Positions 25,639 to 32,000 of a stretch of DNA of 32,000 bases are shown here, in pieces. Within the stretch, counting starts at the first letter, position 1, and each line of letters begins with the position of its first letter. Origin of the DNA: Candidatus Saccharimonadota bacterium (GTDB taxonomy: Archaea; Nanobdellota; Nanobdellia; Pacearchaeales; GW2011-AR1); NCBI GenBank assembly GCA_026002795.1, contig BPGA01000001.1, positions 180,001 through 212,000 on the forward strand, given 5' to 3'. Under the pieces are notes generated by a model. The model saw only the letters and a list, made by a program, of their open reading frames with translations, was not told the origin of the DNA and ran no database searches. The position numbers and the translations under genes are program-made.

Positions 25639-25762
25639 TTTTCACCTCTCTTCCAAATTTAATTATTATTATTAAGATAGTGATATTTAAAAAAGTTTTG
25701 TATTTTTTATTTTTTATGAAAAAAAATTAAAATTCATTAAAAAAATTGTCGACGAGAAAAAT

Positions 25763-27457
25763 TTAAAATTTTTTTCTTGTATTAACAACTTTTCCAAGTT
25801 CAGAAAAATTTTTTTCTTGAAAGATTAATTCTTCTAAAATTTTTTTTAGATTTTCTATTGGAACCCTTATTTGTTCTGTGGTATCTCTATCTCTAATTGT
25901 AACGTCTTTTTTCTTTAAACTTTCTTCATCAATTGTTATACAAAAGGGAGTTCCTATTTCGTCTTGTCTTGAATATCTTCTACCAATACTTCCAGATTCG
26001 TCATAAAAAACATTAAAATTTTTTTTAAGTTCGTTGTAAATTTTTTTTGATAGTTGAACTATTTTTTTATTTGTTTTTACTATAGGTAATATAGCTGCTT
26101 TTATTGGAGAAAGTTTTGGATGTAATTTCAAAACAATATTTTCTCTTTTTTTATCATAATAAAAAGAATCAAACATAAAAACAAGAAAAGCTCTTTCAAC
26201 ACCTAAACTTGGTTCACAAATAACATTTGGTAAAATTTTTTTTCCTGTTTCTTGATCAAAAATTTTTAAATCTTTTTTTGAGAATTTTTCATGCTGACTT
26301 AGATCAAAATTTCCTCTATCTGCAATCCCTTCAAGTTCCTTCCAACCAAATGGAAATTTGTATTCTATATCCCAAGTGTCCGTTGAATAATGAGAAAGTT
26401 CATTTTTTTTATGCTGCCTTATTCTAAAATTATTCATGTCAGCTCCTAAATTTTTAAACCATAAAAGTTCTGTCGCGAGCCAGTAAGCGTGCCAATCTTT
26501 CTTGATTATGCCTTGTTTAAATGCTTCAGAAATTTTCATTTTCTCTGGCTCTAGATTTTTTTCTTGAGCTTCAGAAGAATAAATTAATATATCAATGTTT
26601 GGAATTTCATAAGGGCATTTTTCATCTAAAGGATTTATAAAGTATTCAATTTCCATTTGTTCAAATTCCCTGCTTCTAAATAAAAAGTCTCTTGGTGCGA
26701 TTTCATTTCTAAATGCTTTTCCAATTTGTGCAATACCGCAAGGAAGTTTTAACCTAGAGTTTTCAAAAATATTTTTAAAGTTTATAAAAATTAGTTGGGC
26801 TGTTTCTGGTCTTAAATAAGCTTTTATTGAATTTTCTTTTATAGGACCAACTTCTGTAGTAAACATTGGATTAAACTCTGCTTTAATTTCGTATTCATTA
26901 CCACATTTTTCGCATTTTGCATTTTTAATTTCTGATTTATCAATTTTTGTTTTATAACCACATTTTTTACAGCTGACAGCTATATCAACAAAACTAGCGA
27001 CGTGACCAGAAGCCTCCCAAACTTTTGGATTTGTTATGATGCTTCCATCAATACCGACAATGTCATCTCTTTCTGTAACGTGATATTTCCACCATTCTTT
27101 TTTTATATTGTTTTTAAGTTCTGTTCCAAAAGGTCCAAAATCCCAAAATCCTGAAAAACCACCATAAATTTCAGCTGAAATATAAACAAAACCTTTTCTC
27201 TTACAAAAATTTGCAAGCTCTTCAATTGAAATTTCTTTTTTTTCCATTTCTGTTTTTTCTATGTCAATTTTTTTATCTTTTAAATTCTTCTCTAAAAATT
27301 CTTTTGCTCTTTTTTTTGCTTCATCTTTTGTTTTTCCTAGATAAGCAAGAGTTTTTGTTTTAACTTTAGTACTGCCATTATTTAAGCGAATTCTTTTATT
27401 TTCTTGTAAATAATAATAAATTTTTCCACTAATTTTTTTCTTAACAATAAAGGCCAT
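25763..27457 (-). CDS. glyS: glycyl-tRNA synthetase (archaeal/eukaryotic alpha2 type) with a 70-aa N-terminal extension
   Basis: From Met71: ELANFCKRKGFVYISAEIYGGFSGFWDFGPFG, RPETAQ, FRNEIAPR and GVERAF, with a C-terminal anticodon-binding domain. Residues 1-70 (MAFIVKKKISGKIYYYLQENKRI...TLAYLGK...) are extra. Confidence 0.9.
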   Translation of the reverse strand: MAFIVKKKISGKIYYYLQENKRIRLNNGSTKVKTKTLAYLGKTKDEAKKRAKEFLEKNLKDKKIDIEKTEMEKKEISIEELANFCKRKGFVYISAEIYGGFSGFWDFGPFGTELKNNIKKEWWKYHVTERDDIVGIDGSIITNPKVWEASGHVASFVDIAVSCKKCGYKTKIDKSEIKNAKCEKCGNEYEIKAEFNPMFTTEVGPIKENSIKAYLRPETAQLIFINFKNIFENSRLKLPCGIAQIGKAFRNEIAPRDFLFRSREFEQMEIEYFINPLDEKCPYEIPNIDILIYSSEAQEKNLEPEKMKISEAFKQGIIKKDWHAYWLATELLWFKNLGADMNNFRIRQHKKNELSHYSTDTWDIEYKFPFGWKELEGIADRGNFDLSQHEKFSKKDLKIFDQETGKKILPNVICEPSLGVERAFLVFMFDSFYYDKKRENIVLKLHPKLSPIKAAILPIVKTNKKIVQLSKKIYNELKKNFNVFYDESGSIGRRYSRQDEIGTPFCITIDEESLKKKDVTIRDRDTTEQIRVPIENLKKILEELIFQEKNFSELGKVVNTRKKF

Positions 27458-27604
27458 AAATTAACCACTACACTAATATATTTAAATTCTTTGTATTCTT
27501 AAAGAAAATGTAATTAAAATTTTAAGTATCTAATTTGAGTAATTTAGATATTTATCTATTAATTTATAGGTTAATTCATTTATTAGTTTATGTAAGAATT
27601 AATT

Positions 27605-27620
27605 TATTTATTAATAAATA
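27605..27620. promoter_or_regulatory. perfect 16-bp palindrome TATTTATTAATAAATA upstream of the wHTH gene (possible operator)
   Basis: Self-complementary by inspection. Lies 45 nt upstream of the ATG at 27665, in a spacer with other AATAGAT/TAATTTAT repeats. It is AT-only, so a chance match is not negligible. Confidence 0.25.
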
Positions 27621-27664
27621 GATTTATAAATGAATAGATCTTAAAAATTTGGGGGTTGAAAAGA

Positions 27665-27931
27665 ATGCATGATAAAATATCAGATTTAGTTCTAAAAACA
27701 ATTCAAGAGTCAGATGAGCCTTTAGAAACAAAAGAAATTCAAGAAAAGATTATAACACAAATTAGAGGAGTTACACGAACAAAGATTTTTTATAGATTAA
27801 ATTTATTGAGAGGAGAAGGATTAATCAAAGGAAAATTTGTTGGGCCTGGAAAGGGTGTTTGGATTTGGTGGGCAGAAAACAATCTTCTAAAAAATGAACA
27901 AAAAAGAGGTGAAAATGATAATTCAAGTTAA
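27665..27931 (+). CDS. small winged-helix protein, 88 aa (putative transcriptional regulator)
   Basis: LETKEIQEKIITQIRGVTRTKIFYRLNLLRGEGLIKGKFVGPGKGVWIWW looks like HTH plus wing. I prefer the ATG at 27665 (GGGGG 9 nt upstream) to the track's TTG at 27656. Confidence 0.6.
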   Translation: MHDKISDLVLKTIQESDEPLETKEIQEKIITQIRGVTRTKIFYRLNLLRGEGLIKGKFVGPGKGVWIWWAENNLLKNEQKRGENDNSS

Positions 27932-28151
27932 TGAAGTAAATAATTTAATAAAATTTGAAGAAGTTTTTACAAATTCAAAATTATTAAGAGGTATGATAAA
28001 ATTAAGCTATATAATAAATAAAAAAAGAAACTACTTTGTTTATACTTTTTTTGAGATTTGGAATCAAAAAACTCTTTTCAACCCGCATGGCTCTGATGTA
28101 AATTCAGAGCCATTATACCCATCAATAAAAAAAGAGGTGGAAAATGAATAG
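27915..28151 (+). CDS. hypothetical small protein, 78 aa
   Basis: The ATG at 27915 is preceded by GAGGTGA (27906..27912). It overlaps both the upstream and the downstream gene. No motif recognised. Confidence 0.45.
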   Translation: MIIQVNEVNNLIKFEEVFTNSKLLRGMIKLSYIINKKRNYFVYTFFEIWNQKTLFNPHGSDVNSEPLYPSIKKEVENE

Positions 28152-28746
28152 AAAAATTTTACTTTGGACATTTGCAATTTCAGGATTTACAGCTTTAGTT
28201 TATGAAATAGTCTGGAGTAGACAACTTCAGCTGATATTTGGCTCTACAGTTTATGCGGTTTCAACAATATTGACAACTTTCTTTGTTGGATTTTCTCTAG
28301 GCTCTTATCTATTCAGGAATGTTGCAGATAATTCAAAAAATCCTGTAAAATTATTTGCATTAATTCAAATTGGAATTGGTTTATATGCTGTAATAATATT
28401 ATGGCTTTTCAAGATTCTTCCGTCTTTTTATATTCATCTAACAAACATTCCAGGAATTCAGTTCATTCAATTTTTGTTGCTTTTTTTAATTATAATAACT
28501 CCAGCGACTTTATTTGGAGCTACGTGGCCAGTAATAAGCAAATCTTATATTGATTATGAAAAATTAGGAAAAGACACAGGAAGACTTTATGCATTCAATT
28601 CATTTGGCTCTTTCCTAGGGCCTCTAGCAGCAGGGTTTGTTTTAGTTCCTATTTTAGGGATAATAAAAACTTCTCTTTTAATGGCTTTAATTAATATAAT
28701 AATCGGCACAATATTAATTTCAAGAGGTAAAAAAAATGAGAATTAA
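28144..28746 (+). CDS. stand-alone 6-TM membrane module, paralogous to the N-terminal domain of the downstream spermidine-synthase-like fusion
   Basis: FAISGFTALVYEIVWSRQLQLIFGSTVYAVSTILTTFFVGFSLGS aligns with FVFSGAAALIYEITWIRPLQFVFGSTVYTISIIFAAFMGGLALGS of the next protein, and the similarity continues over about 195 aa. A GAGGTGG SD sits at 28134..28140. Confidence 0.72.
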   Translation: MNRKILLWTFAISGFTALVYEIVWSRQLQLIFGSTVYAVSTILTTFFVGFSLGSYLFRNVADNSKNPVKLFALIQIGIGLYAVIILWLFKILPSFYIHLTNIPGIQFIQFLLLFLIIITPATLFGATWPVISKSYIDYEKLGKDTGRLYAFNSFGSFLGPLAAGFVLVPILGIIKTSLLMALINIIIGTILISRGKKNEN

Positions 28747-30415
28747 TTTAAGAAGTTTACTAATAATAGCATTTGTGTTTTCAGGAGCAGCAGCTTTAAT
28801 TTATGAGATAACATGGATTAGGCCATTGCAGTTCGTCTTTGGCTCAACTGTTTATACAATTTCTATTATATTTGCTGCATTTATGGGTGGCTTGGCTTTA
28901 GGATCTTTAATTATTTCAAAATACATTGATAAACTAAAAAACCTTCCAAAAACTTACGCATTATTTGAAATTGGAATAGGAATTTATGGTGTTTTGCTGT
29001 TAAGTATATTTAATCTGCTTCCTGGTATTTACAATTCATTATATTTCTTACATACAAACTTTTACTTATTTGAATTTGTACAATTCTTAATTGTCTTTTT
29101 GGTTTTATTGATTCCAACAACTTTAATGGGTGCGACTTTTCCTGTTATTGCAAAATTCTATACAAAAGAAAAGATTGGAAAAGCCATTGGAGAAGTTTAT
29201 TCTGCAAATAATGTTGGAGCAATAATAGGAAGTTTTGCTGCAGGATTTATTTTAATTCCTTTAATTGGAATAAAAGAAAGTATAATTTTTGCGGGCAGTA
29301 TAAACATGTTAATTGGTTCAATAATAATTTTGAAATCAAAAAGTTTTGAGGAAAATAGAGATAAAATTTTCATAATAACATCAGTTTTATTGTTCCTTAT
29401 TCTAGCTTATATTGGAAATTACAGCATACAACAAATGCATTCTGGAGGATTTTATAGAACTTTAGAAATAGAAAAAGATCTTGGCCCTGTAATTTATTAT
29501 AATGAAGGACTTTATGCAACTGTAAGTGTAAGAGAACTTTTTGGAAAAGGAAAAGCATTATTTATCAATGGAAAAGGCCAGGGAAGTACTGGAATTTTTG
29601 ATTTAAGAGTTAATTTTATGCTTGCTTATTTACCAATATTATTAAAGCCGGATACTAAGGATGTATTAGTTATTGGTTTAGGAACTGGAACAACTTCTGG
29701 ACAGCTTGCTCAAAGCGTTAATGTAAAAACTATTGAAATTGAATCAGCAGTTTTGGAAGGAAGTAAATATTTTTCAACTTTTAATTTAAATGTACTTGAA
29801 AATCCGAACCATACTTTAATTATAGATGATGGAAGAAATTGGCTTTTGAAAAATGAAGAAAAATATGATGTAATAATTCCAGAACATAGTGATCCGTGGC
29901 AATCTTTTTCAACAGCATTATTTTCAAAAGAGTTTTTGGAACTTGCCTCTGAAGATTTAGATGAAAATGGGTTGTATGTACAATGGGTTCCTATATATCA
30001 AATGTCTGTAAAAGATTTCAAAAATTTCTATAAAACATTTACTTCTGTATTTCCAAATGTTGTTGTATTTGCAAATATAAAACCAGATGAAGATACTCCT
30101 GTAAGATTTGAAACTTCTGAATTAATTTTTGTTGGTTCTAAAAATAAAATAAATATTAGTGAAGAATTAATTAATGAAAACTATAATAAATTACCGGAAA
30201 TTTCCAAGCAACAGCTAAATCTAATAAGATTATCTTCAGGTTCTGAAATTTATCATTTATTTGTTTTTAAAAGTGAACAAATGAAAGGCTATGCAGATGA
30301 TGCAAAAATAATTACTGATGATAATTTACTTTTGGAATTTTCAACAGCGAAACGAGTTTTAAATCAAGGTCCTAAGGAGGTGATAAATGATATTGAAAGG
30401 TTTGTTTCAGAATAA
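28736..30415 (+). CDS. polytopic membrane domain fused to a spermidine-synthase-fold (class I methyltransferase-like) domain
   Basis: About 7 TM helices, followed by VLVIGLGTGTTSGQLA, IEIESAVLEGSKYF, IIDDGRNWL, YDVIIPEHSDPW and LFSKEFLELASEDLDENGLYVQW. This follows the SpeE-family motif order, but with GxGxG in place of GGGDG. Confidence 0.8.
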   Translation: MRINLRSLLIIAFVFSGAAALIYEITWIRPLQFVFGSTVYTISIIFAAFMGGLALGSLIISKYIDKLKNLPKTYALFEIGIGIYGVLLLSIFNLLPGIYNSLYFLHTNFYLFEFVQFLIVFLVLLIPTTLMGATFPVIAKFYTKEKIGKAIGEVYSANNVGAIIGSFAAGFILIPLIGIKESIIFAGSINMLIGSIIILKSKSFEENRDKIFIITSVLLFLILAYIGNYSIQQMHSGGFYRTLEIEKDLGPVIYYNEGLYATVSVRELFGKGKALFINGKGQGSTGIFDLRVNFMLAYLPILLKPDTKDVLVIGLGTGTTSGQLAQSVNVKTIEIESAVLEGSKYFSTFNLNVLENPNHTLIIDDGRNWLLKNEEKYDVIIPEHSDPWQSFSTALFSKEFLELASEDLDENGLYVQWVPIYQMSVKDFKNFYKTFTSVFPNVVVFANIKPDEDTPVRFETSELIFVGSKNKINISEELINENYNKLPEISKQQLNLIRLSSGSEIYHLFVFKSEQMKGYADDAKIITDDNLLLEFSTAKRVLNQGPKEVINDIERFVSE

Positions 30416-32000
30416 AAAAGGTTTAATTCAAAAAAGTATGACTTTAATTTTCATAGCTTTTGCTTTATTTGCTTTAATATTTTTGGTATATAATTCAAAG
30501 TATGCTTCAGCTGCAAAATCAGATCAATTCTTTATAGGCAATTTTACATGTGAAAGTTTTGAAGATGCTCTTTTATGGAGTGCTGTAGGACAAAAAAGTG
30601 CACCAACAAATAGTTATTTTGGATGGGTACCGGCAGTAGGATGTAATTCAAGCATTAATACAGTAGGTCCTAAAGCATGTGATATACATAAAATACAAAG
30701 TTTTGTAAGATATTCAAATATTGGAACAGCGAATAGTTTAACTACAGGACAAGTATATGCTCAAATCGCAAACACAACACAATCAAATGAAACAAACCCT
30801 TCATCAGCAAACTTTACTTTAGCAAGATATTTTGCAAGATTAAATGAAACGGTAGTTGCGGGAGATGTTTTAGGTCCAAGATATGAATGTGGAATTGCTT
30901 CAGACACTACTTCAATAAATAGAACATGTCAAGTTAATGGAAGTGGATATGATAACAGCACTTTTAATTATTCTGTTCGTTTATTTGCAGATGGAGCTGC
31001 TAATGGAAAAACAAGAGCTTTAATTGATGTTTTCAATATAAAATACGACTGGTGTTGGACGCCAATAATTTATGATGCAGTTGTGACTCCTGACATTGCA
31101 GATAATGAAACAACTTTCACATTTACCATTAATGTTACAAATCCTGGAGCAACAACAAATGTTTCTTTGTTTACAGCACCTCTAGGATCAAATGAGTGGG
31201 TACAGGAAGGGGCTACTCAAACTTGTATAGATTGTGCACAAAAAAAGCTGACATTTAATGTGAATTTTGGAAACCGTATTGGAAAAAGAATTTTTAAGTT
31301 TAATGCAACAGACGGCACTTACGGCACTGAAGCTGGAAATCCAGCACATTTAGGAACAGCAACAAACGAATGCCTTGACACAGATAATGATTGCCAGTTT
31401 GAAGTAACTCAAGCAGCGGCAGCACAGGGAACTCCAAATATCATAAATGAAACAGTAAATGGTGTTCAGTCAGGAGCTGTTGAAGGCTGGGGAACAAACT
31501 GGACTTTTTCTGTAAATGTAAGTAACCCTCCTGATGGAGCAGGAGATATTAATGTAACTCTTTTTGTTAATACTGGGTCTGGCTTTATACAAAAAGCATC
31601 TGCAAATTGTACAGCGCCTTGCTCCAGCTCAACAAAATTTACTTTCTTTGTGGATGATTTTCAATGTTCTGATATTTCTTCTGCTCAATACAGATTTACT
31701 GCAACCAATCTTAACGGAACTACAACTGTAACCCACCCATTTACAATCGAAAGAGATGATGTAATTATTGAGCATATTCAAGGAAACAATAGCATTGCAA
31801 ATAGAAGTGGAAACCAGATAGATTTGCTTATTGTTAGGGTTTTTGACTCTGATAAAGCTCCTTCAGGAGCATATATTGGAAGTGGAACAAATGTTACTTT
31901 TAACGTAAAATTTGATGATGTAAACTTTGATGCTGGAACAAACAGAACAACAAATTCATCTGGATATGCTAATTATTCTTTTGACCCAACATGTTCTCCA
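30387..32000 (+). CDS. large secreted/surface protein, 5' partial (at least 538 aa, runs off the window), sequon-rich with Ig-like internal repeats
   Basis: Not in the ORF track because no stop codon occurs in the window. My translation from the ATG at 30387 is open to base 32000. AAGGAGGTGA lies at 30374..30383. N-terminal TM/signal MTLIFIAFALFALIFLVY..ASA. I count 26 N-x-S/T sequons and about 14 Cys by hand. Two repeats of roughly 85 aa lie at about 31101..31340 and 31486..31745. Confidence 0.8.
   Translation, partial: MILKGLFQNKKGLIQKSMTLIFIAFALFALIFLVYNSKYASAAKSDQFFIGNFTCESFEDALLWSAVGQKSAPTNSYFGWVPAVGCNSSINTVGPKACDIHKIQSFVRYSNIGTANSLTTGQVYAQIANTTQSNETNPSSANFTLARYFARLNETVVAGDVLGPRYECGIASDTTSINRTCQVNGSGYDNSTFNYSVRLFADGAANGKTRALIDVFNIKYDWCWTPIIYDAVVTPDIADNETTFTFTINVTNPGATTNVSLFTAPLGSNEWVQEGATQTCIDCAQKKLTFNVNFGNRIGKRIFKFNATDGTYGTEAGNPAHLGTATNECLDTDNDCQFEVTQAAAAQGTPNIINETVNGVQSGAVEGWGTNWTFSVNVSNPPDGAGDINVTLFVNTGSGFIQKASANCTAPCSSSTKFTFFVDDFQCSDISSAQYRFTATNLNGTTTVTHPFTIERDDVIIEHIQGNNSIANRSGNQIDLLIVRVFDSDKAPSGAYIGSGTNVTFNVKFDDVNFDAGTNRTTNSSGYANYSFDPTCSP

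Noticed and set aside
25511-25650. Alternative acidic reading frame (W K R G E K W Q Q E E E H R E V Q K E H L E A L E V Q G A Q E E D Q E E D K F L K K M S E L S Q) over the Arg/Ser mini-ORF locus
   Set aside because: The frame is open, but a TAA lies two codons upstream of its first residues. There is no ATG, GTG or TTG in frame until near its end. The consensus SD is phased with the Arg/Ser frame.
26227-26427. Plus-strand 66-aa ORF inside glyS
   Set aside because: It is antisense to a GlyRS CDS with continuous class II motifs.
30387-32000. Higher GC content of the surface-protein gene as a sign of recent horizontal transfer
   Set aside because: The shift is explained by amino-acid composition (Gly/Ala/Thr/Cys-rich secreted protein). 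The gene is also translationally coupled to its AT-rich neighbours, so there is no independent evidence for foreign origin.
1-32000. Search for CRISPR arrays, rRNA genes, transposases, integrases and long terminal inverted repeats
   Set aside because: I found no regularly spaced direct repeats, no rRNA-like conserved blocks, and no ORF with DDE, tyrosine-recombinase or serine-recombinase motifs. The only repeat pair of note is the 20-bp direct repeat reported above.

Overview
This is an AT-rich (roughly 25-30% GC by eye), very gene-dense window. It reads as a small-genome archaeon, probably DPANN-like (inference). Archaeal markers: GatD and GatE, TFE-alpha, tRNA-splicing endonuclease EndA, an intron-containing tRNA with a clean bulge-helix-bulge motif, ribosomal protein eS17, deoxyhypusine synthase, and archaeal-type ProRS and GlyRS. 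Bacterial-type LeuRS, AlaRS and DisA sit beside them. Most of the window is translation housekeeping (4 aaRS, GatDE, 2 tRNAs, EndA, eS17) mixed with membrane or secreted proteins: an HtrA-like protease, a CAP-domain protein, a rhomboid, DUF95/SpoIIM-like, VanZ-like and transglutaminase-like proteins. I see no rRNA, CRISPR array, transposase or integrase. Items that deserve a second look: (1) A tightly overlapping five-gene operon at 27.6-32.0 kb. It encodes a wHTH protein, a small protein, an orphan 6-TM module, a paralogous TM module fused to a spermidine-synthase/methyltransferase fold, and a large sequon-rich, Cys-containing repeat surface protein. The surface protein ORF runs off the window and is missing from the ORF track. 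(2) A wHTH-MNT/HEPN pair bracketed by perfect 20-bp direct repeats. (3) A structure-rich 536-bp spacer holding a 95-nt four-helix hairpin, a competing alternative pairing, and an unannotated 42-aa ORF. (4) A dys-disA-DHH/DHHA1 string, which is a possible c-di-AMP synthesis and degradation pair in an archaeon. (5) An unannotated 31-aa Arg/Ser-only ORF with its own TATA-like box and a consensus Shine-Dalgarno. (6) Several reduced or fused translation enzymes: GatE without its insertion domain, AlaRS ending at the editing domain, and GlyRS with a 70-aa N-terminal extension. All family calls rest on motifs I read in the translations. No database search was run.
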